From Vicugna vicugna (taxonomy: Eukaryota): 49,380 nt of DNA. A program made the position numbers and the translations under genes. The notes under the pieces were generated by a model. The model saw nothing but the letters and a program-made list of their open reading frames with translations. It did not search any database and was not told the DNA's origin. Location: the NCBI GenBank assembly GCA_013265495.1, contig MU057984.1:434001-483380 (forward strand), given 5' to 3'. Shown here piece by piece: positions 26,280 to 38,297 of this stretch (position 1 is the stretch's first letter; each line of letters begins with the position of its first letter).

Positions 26280-26892
26280 TCTCCCACATAAATGGTTACA
26301 GGGGACTGGAGTTGGATATTTCCCTTCCCCAAGGTCAGTTATGTTCTGATAAAAAGGCTAGGATCTGGTCAAATAGCTTCTCCTGAGGGAGAACCTGGCT
26401 AAGCAGAAGAGAAGACTCGGCTCCTGCACATTTCAAAATAATTCCTCTTCCTCACCACTGCCAGAAGCATGAGGGAATTTTTCTCCACTATTTTCTGAGA
26501 AAACCAAGTTAAGCTCCTAAAAGCAAAATTCACAGAAATGTGGGAGGCCTTCATGACTGTGGCCCCAAGGAAATTTTCTCTCAGACTTGTTCATGCTGAG
26601 CCTCCAGCAATTCATCAATTACAGTTCATGTTTTCTTATCCAGGAATTGATTCCTGAAGTGACTTCTGCCCATGGATTTCTGTTCCATTCCAGTAAGTTG
26701 TGATTCTCTGTATTCACCCATTAGTGACCTTAGCCTATAATTAGCCTCTCCATTTTGAGAGGCATCAGTTTGCCCTGTGACCTCACTTATAGATCTAAGT
26801 TTTTTTTTTCAGTCTGTTTTGATTTTTAACTTGTTCTTAGGATAGAGTGGTGACTTCCAAGCTTCTTACATGCTGCACCAGAAACCAGAATT
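26280..26892 (-). mobile_element. Old L1 5' region fragment (L1MC/L1MD-like)
   Basis: tccagcaattcatcaattacagttc and gagtggtgacttccaagcttcttacatgctgcaccagaaaccagaa resemble old L1 5' ends. Confidence 0.55.
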
Positions 26893-27499
26893 GAAAATCT
26901 ATACTTTTTAAAACTTACCTTGGAGATATTTGTCATCCTTAATGAAAACTCAAGCATCTTAGAAGTTTATGGGAATATAAGTCCAGGAAAGAAACCAGTT
27001 TCTGATCCAAAAACTCATGTATCTTGTAAGTGGTTTTATTATACTACTGGAATTAAAAGATGCTTTGGCAGGAAGTCTGAACATGTGGGATAAGAGAAAT
27101 GTGTAGATGGTGTTCATCATTGTGTCACTCTCAACTCTGGACATGAGAAATCCTAGAAAAGATGATGCTATGGCACATATCCAAAAAACAGCACATCTAA
27201 GATATTCTGCCTATTTGCAAATTGGTACTTGAGGATAATCAGTGAAAATAATAGATTGGTTCTGTCTTTAAAACTAAAGCACTGTTTTGCCATATTATGT
27301 CACCATTTAGAGGCCTCTATTTCATTTATAGAAAGTTACATTCTACCCAACACAGATTATTAGAGAAACATTTTCCAGAGAAACTGAACTGCTCAAGATT
27401 AAAGTCTCACAAACTAATATTTTGGTTCACCCCTAAACTAAAACATTCATTGGCATCCAGATTGTCAGGAAATGATATGAGTTGGCACTGAAGCCACCC

Positions 27500-29620
27500 T
27501 TGTGAGACTCATTCATAAACCTAAGAGATACAGGCAAGAACTGAGACTTTTAAGGAACTCCTCAATACAAGGGAGAAAGATATACAGGAAAACTCGACTT
27601 AGCAAAAATTGAGACAATATAGTCAACAGAAAAAAAGTTCAAATAATTTCTAATACAGAGATAAAATGTTGCTTTCATTAAAAATTCTGTAAGAAATAAT
27701 AAAAAAGTTTAAAACTTTTATTAGTTTAAAATCACCGAAATAATTTTTTAAGACATAAAATATCATCAGATAAAAATATCCTAGGAAGTAAAACAAAAAG
27801 ATGAGGAAAAGGAAAACAGTGTGCAGATTCCTCAAAAAAGTAAAAATAGACTTATCATGTGATCCATCAGTCCCACTCCTGGGCATATATCCAGAGGGAA
27901 CTTTAATTCAAAAAGATACACGCACCTCAGTGTTCATAGCAGCACTAAATACAATAGCCAAGATGTGGAAGCAACCTAAATATCCATCGACAGATGACTG
28001 GATAAAGAAGTTTTGGTATATTTATACAATGGAATACTATTCAGCCATAAAAATAATAAAATAATGCCATTTACAGCAACACGGATGGACCCTGACATTG
28101 TCATTGTAAGTGAAGTAAGCCAGAAAGAGAAAGAAAAATACTGCATGATATCACTTATATGTGGCATCTTAAAAAAAAAAAAAAGAAAGAAAGAAAGAAA
28201 AAAAAAGAGGACACTAATGAACTCATCTACAAAACAGAAACAGACTTGTAGACATAGTAAACAATCTTATGGTTACCAGGGGAAAGTGGGTGGGAAGGGA
28301 TAAATTCGGGAGTTTGATATTTGCAAATGTTAACCACTATATATAAAAATAGTAACCACTGTATATAAAATATATATAAAAAACAAAATTCTTCTGTATA
28401 GCACAGGGAACCATATTTAATATCTTATAATAATCTTTTATGAAAAAGACTATAAAAATGAATTTATGTATATATATGAATGACAGGGACATTATGCTGT
28501 ACACCAGAAACTGACACATTGTAATTGACTACACTTCAATTAAAAAAAAGAGAAGGAAAAGGACAATAAGAGAGAATATATAAGATAATTAAAATATATA
28601 ACATAATCAAAGACATACAAAATCCAACAAATAGGAATAAGAGAAAGAAACAGAGAAAATGGTGGGAAGGAATTTTTCAAGGAAACAATTTAGGAAAACT
28701 TTATAAAATGTTGAAGGACATTAGTTTCCAGACTGGAAACAGCCACAAGAACTTGGGACAATGGTAAAGATAAAAGCGTCACACCAAAGTCATCATTGTG
28801 AAATAACGAAGTACAAGGATAAACAGAAGTTTCTACAAGCTTCTAAAGGGAAACTATTCAGTAATATGTAACAAATGGGAAAGAAGAATGGCATCAGACT
28901 TCTAAATGCAACAACAGGACTTAGAAGATAAACAGAATACCTTCAACATTTTGAGGGAAAATGATTTTCAATCTAGAATTCCGCAGTCAACCAAATTATC
29001 ATTCAAGCATGGGAGGTAAAACAAAGGTATTTTCAGATACGGATTTTCTCAAAAATTAAGTCCCTTGTACCTTTCCTTCAGAAGCTCCTGAAGATATAAT
29101 CTACCAAAACAATGAAGTAAACCAAGAAAACAGAAAGGTAAGGAATTGAGGAAACATGAGATTCAAGATTAAAAAAAGAAAAAAAAAAAAAAGAGTCAAA
29201 AGGAATCACCACAAGCAGAGTGAAGGGAAGTCTCTGACAGAAGCTCTGCCACAGGAAAGAAAGCATTTAGCTCATGTTGGCTGAGCAGGAGGATGACGTG
29301 TTCTAGGAGGGCTGTTTCAAGAGAATAAGACATGACATATAATCTGGTGGGTTAGACTATGCGGGACACTGCACTGACAAACATATTATAGAGCTTTATG
29401 GGATGGGAGGAGTCAGTGAAATACTTTAGAACAATTAAGCAATTATTAACTCCAGAAAAAAAGTTGAAATAAAGGAAATGAAATAATTATGCATGATACC
29501 CAACTTGGCTGAACAATGAACACTCTATGATAATAATTAAATCTGATAAAAATTTTAATTGAAAATAAAGATTTAATTATATTAGGAAAATGGATAAGGA
29601 GTTAAGAGTTTCAGCTGAGT
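27500..29620 (+). mobile_element. Old L1ME/HAL1-like ORF1 remnant, interrupted by a younger L1
   Basis: ORF1-like motifs: gaatggcatcagacttct…ttgagggaaaatgattttcaatctagaatt…ccaaattatcattcaag. Confidence 0.6.
27814..28548 (+). mobile_element. 5'-truncated younger LINE-1 (ORF2 end plus 3'UTR)
   Basis: ORFs 27801..28064 and 28013..28303 encode the frameshifted ORF2 C-terminus (FIAALNTIAKMWKQPKYPSTDDWIKK). Poly(A) at the end. TSD aggaaaagga at 27804-27813 and 28554-28563. Confidence 0.92.
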
Positions 29621-30419
29621 AAAGATACCTATCATGAAATAAGTCTTTTCATTAGATAATTAATGAAGAAAATCATTGCCTCGAGGGTGCAGGATAAGTC
29701 TTGAGGTGGACAGAAGTAATGGTTTACAAGTCTGGGTTAGCATTATTTAAATTCAAAAATGAATGCATGTAATTTTGGAGTAAAGACATAACAGCAGGCT
29801 TGTGAGCCTCTTACTGAGGCATCATCATCCTACCAAGGTGATGGCTGAGAGAAGCACGGACTTGACCATACCTCCTTGTAAACATAAAAATGGTACACAG
29901 CAGTGGACTTATTCAAAGAAGAACCATGACATACAGTATCAGTCTAAATGGCCCGTTAAAAATATCTGGAATTTATAGGTTTCTGGGGCATTGCTGGTAG
30001 AAGAGTAAGAACTTATCATATAGGCATTATTTGCATAACTCTTGAGAGTAAAACTAGGGGAGCTCCAAACAAAACTGGCATCCTTTGAGAACTAGTTTTC
30101 TACAAATATTCAAAAGTCATCTGTTAATTCAAAACCAAAGGCATCATAAGGAGGGATAAAAGGACAAGTTTGAACATGCCAACTTCTACAGGAAGAAATA
30201 CTACATCTCTGCCTCATTTTATCTGTACCATTTGAATCAACAGTCAATTTTGGTATAGATAAGTTATATGATATAATTAAGTCTGCTTTGACATTTTGAC
30301 CCTTGGTGTAAATACAATCATATTTTTGAGAAAGTATAAAAATTACTGAACAAATTTTAAACCATTAAAAATAGGAAAAATCTCCAGAATTACGTATTTA
30401 CCAATCCTGTGCATGGGGA

Positions 30420-31320
30420 AGATGATCTAATCTTTAAAGCAATGTTAGAAATCCCAGAGGAAATGATAACTAGATTTCACCATAAAATTATTAAAAAGAT
30501 CTACTGAAAAATAAATAAAACTAAAGGCAAATGACAAATCTTAGAAAATATTGACAGTAAATATGAAAAAAATTATATTAATAAAGAAGTCATTGACATT
30601 TACTGGATACAAAAGCTCAGTGACAAAGGCAAAGTTCATGAACAGATATTTCACAGAAGAAATAAATAATTAATAGCAAAGATAGAAAATTTTCATCCTC
30701 ATGAGCAATTAAAGAAATGAAAATTGAAAAGAAGAACTTAATCACACAGAAAGAGATCAAATTTCTTAGATTCAACGTTGGTTAGAGTTGACAAAGGAGG
30801 ATGGATGAAATAGCACAACCATTTACAAAAGCCCCTTTGACAAATATGTATACACTTTAAAAGGAATACAGTCAATTTAGAGACTCTCACTTTCAAAAAA
30901 ATCTAAATAGGGAAAAAGTATTATACACAGAAATGTTCACTACTACAATATTTATATCAGCCAGAAAATAAAAGGAAGCAACCTAAATGCTTATGATTAT
31001 GCTTAAGTAATCTATAACAGACACTGGGTGAAAGTCCATGGTAGTTTTCAGTGTTAATTTATAAAATTAGTAAGAGTCGGTAACATCCAAGTAAAATTTT
31101 CAATTTAGTGATCATATTTCAACTTAACATAGGCAGTAAGATACCAATTATGTTAAAAAACTAAAAAGCAAAGTATAGAACAAAAGAAGAGTAAGACACC
31201 AAATATTAATAACACTATGCTCCAAATAGTCACATTCCAAATAATGTTTTCTGTTTCTACATTTTCCAGTTTTCCTTAATGATACATTAATTTTTAATTA
31301 TAAAAAAGTAAATTTTATTT
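30420..31320 (+). mobile_element. Very old L1 (L1ME-like) ORF2/3' remnant
   Basis: A-rich with degenerate motifs aaaggcaaatgacaaa, ggcaaagttcatgaacagatatttcacagaaga and gaagcaacctaaatgc. Confidence 0.55.
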
Positions 31321-32163
31321 TATTTTTCATTATTAAAGTAATTTACCTAATTCAGAAAACAAAACTAGATGATAATTATTTTCTTTCCATAAAAAGATGT
31401 CTTAAAACAGGGAGAATATTTTAACTTCATGGAGCCTCTCTACCAGCTGTGGAATTCCAAATTCTGTATTTCAAATGAGAGTGAAATAAATCTCTATATT
31501 GTATATGCTACTTCAATGAAGCTTCTCTTATTAGGTGCCAAGTATAGTTTTTTTTAATTGAAATATAGTTGATTTACAATGTTGTGTTAGTTTCTGCTGT
31601 ACAACAAAGTGATTCAGTTTATCTATCTATCTGGCTTATTACAAGATATTGAATATAGTTCACTGTGCTATACAGTAGGACATTACAGTTTACCTATTTT
31701 ATATATGGTGGTTTATATCTGTTAATCCCAAACTCCTAATTTATCCCTCCCCCTACCTTTCCCCTTTGGAAAGTTTGTTTTCTATGTCTGTGAGTCTGTT
31801 TCTGTTTTGTAATTAAGTTCATTTGTATCATATTCTAGATTCCACATTAAAGTGATATTATACAATATTTGTCTTTCTCTGTACGACTTACTTCACTTAT
31901 GATAATCTCTATGTCCATCCATGTTGCTGCAAATGGCAAGATTCCATTCTTTATTTGTGGCTGAGTAGTATTCAATTATATCTATATACCACATCTTCTT
32001 TATCCATTCATCTATCGATAAACATTTAGGTTGCTTCCACGTCTTGGCTATTGTAAATAGTGCTCCTGTGAACACTGGGGTGCATATATCTTTTCAGATT
32101 AAAGTCTTCTACAGATATATGCCCAGGACTGGGATTGCTGGATCATATGGTAAGTCTATTTTT

Positions 32164-33010
32164 TTTTCAGTAAAGGTAGGTTTATTTAGAGAGATACATA
32201 TTGCATAGAGTGTAGGCTGTGGGAGCCCAAGATTGGGTTAACAAATTTTAACAGACCCCAGCCACTTGTCTTCTTAAAGAAGGGCAAATGTGCTTAGTAA
32301 CTGCCTTGCTTGCAGAGTTGAGGTTTTAGAGAGCACTCTGCTCGCCCAGGACCTCGGCTATAAGCGCTGGGCGTGCCTGCTGTTAGATAGTCTTCTATCC
32401 CTAAAGCAAGGAACTGGCTGGTCTGGTGGTCTGCTTTAACGTATCTATAAGAATGTATCTTGTTCCCCTCTTCTCATGACTTCCCTAAAGATAAACTGTA
32501 GGCCCCCAAAGGAACGAGCCTTGGGCTGGAATTGTAAACAAGTTACAAAAAGCTGCAGACTCAGAGGTGAGAAAGCTGGTTAGCCAATGACGGGTAAGAT
32601 CCCCAGAGGAGGGCAACCTAAGACAGGCACAGCCGCCTAAGTCCAAGAAAAATGTTAAGCAGCTGCTTCTCATACATTCCACCCTGATAAGCTGTAAGGC
32701 TCGCTGATGCCAACAGGAACATGATTTACCAAAACATAAAGGGTCTTCAGACCTTGAGCCAGACTCTACAATCTCGATCCCACCCTGTCTTTCCCTAAAT
32801 TCCTGCATTCCATCACACAACTAGTCTCCAGTAATTCATTCCATCTGGGTGGGACTTCTGCGGGCCAGAACCCACAGTAGGCTGTTTCAAATGGCAAGAG
32901 AAAGGCCACCAAGTGTAGGGGTTGGGTGCTCAGGTTAAAGTAAAAGTAGATATACACTCCATAGACAGAGCGTGCGCTGTCTCCAAAGAGGAGGGAGTGA
33001 GAGAGGCAGC
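32164..33010 (-). mobile_element. Polyadenylated LTR R-region-like retrocopy (about 180 bp net), split by a solo LTR
   Basis: Minus strand ends …gtatctctctaAATAAAcctacctttactg followed by poly(A). TSD ctattttt at 32156-32163 and 33011-33018. The two halves rejoin across the inner LTR at gtaggc. Confidence 0.75.
32218..32876 (+). mobile_element. Solo LTR, 659 bp, probably ERV class II (betaretrovirus-like)
   Basis: Inverted termini TGTGGG…CCCACA and a perfect 6-bp TSD gtaggc (32212-32217, 32877-32882). CCAAT box in agccaatgacgggtaag. Orientation is inferred. Confidence 0.88.
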
Positions 33011-34467
33011 CTATTTTTAGTTTCTTAAGGAACCTCCAGACTCTTGCATACTGTCTGTACCAATTTACATTCCCACCAACAGTGCAGGAGGGTTCCTTTT
33101 TTCTCTAAATCCTCTCCTGCATTTATTATTTGTAGACTTTTGAATGATGGCCATTCTGACTGGTGTGAGGTGATACTTCATTGTAGTTCTGATTTGCACT
33201 TCAAATCAGCAATGTTGAGCATCTTTTCATGTGCCTATTGGCCATCCGTATGTCTTCTTTGGAGACAAGTGTAACTCAGGTCTTCTGCCCATACTCTGAT
33301 TGGGTTGTTCATTTTTGTTATTGAGTTGTATGTGCTGTTTATATATTTGGAAATTAAGCCCTTGTCAGTCACATCATTCATAAATATCTTCTCCCAGTCC
33401 ATATGTCGTCTTTTCATTTTGTTTATGCTTTCCTTTGCTGTGCAAAAGCTTGTAATTTTGATTAGGTCCCATTTGTTTCTTTTTTTTTTATTTCTATTGC
33501 CTTGGGAGACTGACCTAAGAAATCACTGCTACAACTTATGTCAGAGAATGTTTTGCTTATGTTTTCTTCTAGGAGATTTACTGTGTCTTGTCTTATATTT
33601 ATAAGTCTTTAAGCCATTTTGAGTTTATTTTTGAATATGGTGTGAGGGAGTGTTCTAACTTCATTGATTTACATGTGGCTATCCAGTTTTCCCAACACCA
33701 CTTACTGAAGACGTTGTCTTTTCTCCACTGTATGTTCTTGTCTTCTTTGTTGAAGATTAAGTGACCATAAGTGTGTGGGACTATTTCTGGGCTCTCTGTT
33801 CTGTTCACTGATCCATATGTCTGTTTTTGCAAGCACAACTATTAACTGATAACTATTTTATTATTCATGACAATTAATGTCAGAACCACAAAAATGAAAT
33901 ATAGTACAATACAGACTAGACTTAACTTCTCAAGAAAAATAATCAACCACATAAAATAAAATGCAAAGCCTAAGCCAGTCACAAGTATGGTTTGCAGAGT
34001 GCATCAGTTTTATACTTGAATATTTGGAGAAAATGAGTCAATAAATATTCAACAAATAGTTGAAAATTTTAATATACTTATCCTTCTTTACTCATACTTA
34101 GTCCTTCAGTAACCCCTTCCTTTGGGGAAAACTTTTTTCTTGAATAAAATTTTCTTCATTTTATTTTATAACCAATGTATTTTAAGAATTTCTATTTTTA
34201 TTTAATCATTTAGAATTGCTTACACAATAAATACAGTACTAAACTGACCTTTGTTTTTAATTATATACTTTTTTTGAAGCAAGAGTAAATCATCTGAGAT
34301 TATATCCATGCTATTTATTAAAATTCAGTCTCACCCCAGGAATCATAAATTTACTTTCTAGTATTTCTTTTTTAAAAAAATAAATATATTCTAATTTTTT
34401 AAACTTCTAGCTGCTTAAGTGTACATATTTGATTTATGCACATCATTGAATGTTTCATATTACATAC

Positions 34468-34609
34468 CAATAGCTTTAATGTAACATGGTCGAATAAGTG
34501 GTGCTGTCTTGGGTATCATAGCAGTATTTGACTTACAACATTGGGTATAAAGTTCTGAAGCCGCGAAGAAATTAATTCGAACTTGAATGCTAAACTTGTA
34601 AATCGCCAC
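34468..34609 (-). CDS. CFAP47: CFAP47 internal coding exon, 142 nt, phase 0 to phase 1: VAIYKFSIQVRINFFAASELYTQCCKSNTAMIPKTAPLIRPCYIKAI
   Basis: Acceptor tttttgtctgttag|GTG, donor ATTG|gtatgt. 47 open codons plus 1 nt. Phases match both neighbouring exons. The PLIRPCY motif is as I recall it in CFAP47. Confidence 0.92.
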
Positions 34610-34663
34610 CTAACAGACAAAAAATACATTGTACCCGTGACTATTTTTGCTATACAGAATTGG

Positions 34664-34900
34664 TTTTTTTTATTTAAATATAGCTGATATACAATATTAT
34701 GCTAATTTCAGGTATACTACATAGTGATTTGACATTTGTATTTATTATGAGATGATCACCATGATAAATCTAGTAACTGTCCCAATATAAAGTTATTACA
34801 ATATTATTGACCATATTCCTTATGCTGTATATCACATCCTTTTGCCTTATTTTATAACTGGAAGTTTATATCTCTTAATTCCCTTCACCTATTTCACCTG
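34664..34900 (-). mobile_element. L1 3'UTR terminal fragment
   Basis: Poly(T) followed by tagctgatatacaatattatgctaatttcaggtatactacatagtgatttgacattt. Confidence 0.75.
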
Positions 34901-34904
34901 ATTC

Positions 34905-35570
34905 CATTTTTTATTGTATGTAATTAAAGTTCACAACTTGAAGATTTGATATAAATACACATAATGAAAAAACCACCACCATCAAGTTAATTAACATATC
35001 CATCACTTCACACAGTTACCTTTGTGTGTGTGTGAGAACACTTAGGATGTACCCTCTCAAAAAATTTCAAGTATAAAGTACAGTACTGTTACCAGAACTA
35101 CCATATTATCCAGCACCTTACTTCTAGAATTTTCCCAAAGGAACTGAAAATAGAATTTCAAAGAGCTATCTGCACTCCTGGGTTCACTGTAGCATTATTC
35201 ACAATAGTCAAGATGTCAAGATATGGAAATAACCTACATATTCATTAAAGGATGAGTAGATTAAAAAATGTGGTACATACATACAATGGAGTATTTTTTA
35301 GCTTTAAAAGCAAAAATCCTACCATTTTCAACATGGATGGACCTGAAGAATATTATGCTAAATGAAATAAACCAGACACAGAAACACAAATAATATGTAT
35401 GATCTCACTTATATGTGGAATCTAACAGTCAAACTCATAGAAGCAGAGAGGACAATGGTGGTTGCCAGGAACTAGGGAGAGGGAGATATGGGGAGATGTT
35501 GGTCAAAGGGCACAATGTTTCAGTTATGCAAGATGAATAAGCTCTGGAGATGTAATGAGACACTATGGAT
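34905..35570 (-). mobile_element. L1MA-like insertion with 5' inversion
   Basis: 34905-35090 is the L1 3' terminus on the minus strand. About 35095-35570 is the immediately upstream L1 segment on the plus strand. Confidence 0.8.
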
Positions 35571-35719
35571 ACAACAAAACAGCAGTTTAAAAAAAGACAG
35601 TTTCCAAAAGAAAATTACCTGTGACACTGAAAGTACCATTTCTTTTCCAAAATAAGACTTAGTTTATCCTCCATGAGTCCAAAAATAATTCTTAAAAATA
35701 AATAAAATTGAAATAATTC

Positions 35720-36700
35720 CTATGAATTCAAAATGGCCCAAAGACCCAAATATAAAACCTAAAACTATAAACTTTGAAGAAGAAAATGTAGGAGAAAAAT
35801 CTTTCTTAAATGCAATACCAAAAGAATCATCTATAAAAGAAAAAATAATTAAATTGTACTTAATCAAATTTTAAGTATCTGTTCTATTAATGATAGTATT
35901 AAAAAATTAAAATTACAAGCCAAAAACACATTTCTTACAAAAGATCCAACTTGTACACAAAATATATAAAGAACACACAAAGATTAATAAAACACGAAGT
36001 ACCCAATGAAAAACTACGTAAAAGATTTGAAAAGACAATTCAGAAAATATATATATGACATATTACCACATAAAAAGATGTTTAACATTATCAGATATGA
36101 GGTAAATGCAATTTGAAATCACAGAAGGTAACACTTCACACCTATCACAATTACGAAGTGCTAATAAAGATGCAAGCATTTAATATATTTATGAATTGCT
36201 GATAGGAATGTGAAATTTTATATTCATTTTGGAAAATAGTTTTCCAATTTCTCAGAAAATTTAATATGTACTTATGAACATAAGACCCAGAATTCCCAGT
36301 CCTTGGTGTTTACCAATGAGAAATGAAAACTTATTCATACAAAAACCTGCATGCAAATGTTTTTGGTGGCCTAATTCATAACTGCCAAAACCTGAAAACA
36401 AGCCAAATTCCCTCCAAATAGTGAATGGATAACAAACTTTGGTGAATACATATAAGAGAATATTTTTCAACAACAAAATGGAATGAACAAATGTTACACA
36501 TAATAATATGGATGAATTTCAAATGCACTATTCTAAGTGAGAGAAAATCCAGACTGAAAAGCCATCATACTTCATGATTTCATTTATGTAATATATAAGT
36601 GAAAAGGCAAAATTATACAAACAAAACGAGATCAGTGTTTGCCCGAACTGAAGGTGGGGGAGAGGCTGACTACAAACAGGCACAAGAAAAACTGAGGAGA
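35720..36700 (+). mobile_element. Old L1 (L1MC/L1ME-like) ORF2 end and 3'UTR
   Basis: aaaacctaaaactataaactttgaagaagaaaatgtaggagaaaa and gagaaatgaaaacttattcatacaaaaacctgcatgcaaatgttt. Confidence 0.75.
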
Positions 36701-36703
36701 GGT

Positions 36704-36964
36704 AATTTCCAATGAAATATGCAGAATAGGTAGATTCATAGAGACTGCATACAGATTGGTGGCTGCCAGTGGCTGGTGGAAAGAGGGACAGGGACAAACT
36801 GCTTAATGGGTAAAGGGTTTGACTTTGGAGTGATGAAATGTTTTGAAATGAGATAGAGGGGGTGGTAATACTACATTGTGAAGGCACTGAATTGTTGACT
36901 TTTAAATGGTTAATCTTATGTTATAGAAATTGCCCCTTAATAATTAAAAAATAAATAAATAAAT
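36704..36964 (+). mobile_element. L1MB-like 3' end with A-rich tail
   Basis: gaataggtagattcatagagactgca…cttaatgggtaaagggttt…ttttaaatggttaa followed by an (AAAT)n tail. Possible TSD ggagaggt at 36696-36703 and 36965-36972. Confidence 0.78.
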
Positions 36965-37931
36965 GGAGAGGTCAACCAAAGGTTTCCAGGAATTCCTGAC
37001 ATCCAACATTTGATGATCTAAGATTTTAGAGAAATAAGAAACAGGAGTTTATTTTTGCAAAATGATTGAGAGACTGTATTATATTAAGTCTCACAAGAGA
37101 TTATTCTACTTACTGAAATTAAACAGGTTAACTATTCTTACTAATACTCTCTTATCTTTTAGATGGATGCCTCCGATAGACAAACAACTCACTTGGAAAC
37201 TGAAATGGCCGAAATCTTTGAATTCTAACTGGCAATTTCCTTCCTCACCTAGAGCTCATCAATTAAAATGTAAGGAACCAGGAGGAGGGTATATGTGTAG
37301 GATATGGAAGTGGCTCTGACCCCAGATATCAATTTTGGAAATTAGATTGCAAATTTTATAAATAATACAACTTATTAGAAATTCAAAATTCTAAAAATAA
37401 AATTAATATATAAAAGAACTGAAAATGCAATTGAAGTAATGTCAATGTTAAAATATTTATATATTACTGCATTTCAAACTATTCAAGTTTTAAAACATGA
37501 AAATGATCAAAATTCATTTTTTCTGAAGACCCATTTATTATTTATCTACATGCTGATTTTTTATTAAAACTCAACATTTTCTATGTTTCAAATAATTAAA
37601 AAAAAAATCAGTCTTGCAGAGAATCCTGTTGCTCTATGGTTTCTTGCTAAGTTTCTAGGAGGGAGAGGAAGAAAGTAGCAAAAATGATATATATTTTAAA
37701 CGTAGGAAAGGGAAGAACAACAGTACCATTGACCTACATAAGATTCTAAGATCATGACAACAAGCATTGATGATTTCTGTGTTATATTCATAAAGACAAC
37801 GCTGAAAATCTGAGAAGTTTTAAGTAAAAAGAAGACCTAAATAATAGAATATACTTACAGCTCACCATACATAGTACCCTACTAGGTAAACACTTTGGCT
37901 TTCATTTTGTTTTTATTTCACATTAGCTGGC

Positions 37932-38297
37932 TGCTATGATCTGAAAGTGTCCCCCCAAAACTCATGTCGAAATTCTAACCCCAAAGATGATAGTATTAGG
38001 AGGTGTGGCTTTGGGAGATGCTTAAGCATGAGGGGTGAGCCCTCATGATTGGGATTAGAGCCTTATAACTGATGCCTGATAGAGACCCTGATAAAAGAAC
38101 CCAAGAGATTCCTAGCCCTTTCCATCATGTGAGGATACAGCAAGAAGTCTGTGACCCAGAAGGGGGTCCTCATCCTACCATTCTGGCACCATGATCCTGG
38201 ATTTCCAGTCTACAGAACTGTAAGAAATAAATTTCTGTTATTTATAAACTACATAGTCTGTGGTATTTTGTTACAGTAGCCAGAAGAGACTAAGACA
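37932..38297 (+). mobile_element. MLT1A-like MaLR solo LTR
   Basis: tgctatgatctgaaagtgtccccccaaaactcatg…gtggtattttgttacagtagccagaagagactaagaca. TG…CA termini and a 5-bp TSD ctggc/cttgc. Confidence 0.92.

Larger units (their letters stand above)
31548..33830 (-). mobile_element. 5'-truncated LINE-1 (ORF2 3' part plus 3'UTR) carrying nested insertions
   Basis: Poly(T) and L1 3' end at 31548. ORF2 remnants in ORFs 31893..32075, 33235..33417 and 33599..33838. The L1 sequence taagtctattttt resumes at 33011 as ctatttttagtttcttaaggaacctcc. Confidence 0.92.

Noticed and set aside
37853..37866. Donor-like gtaagt/gtgagc motifs on the minus strand (similar one near 39991)
   Set aside because: I found no convincing matching acceptor or open frame, and such motifs are expected by chance.
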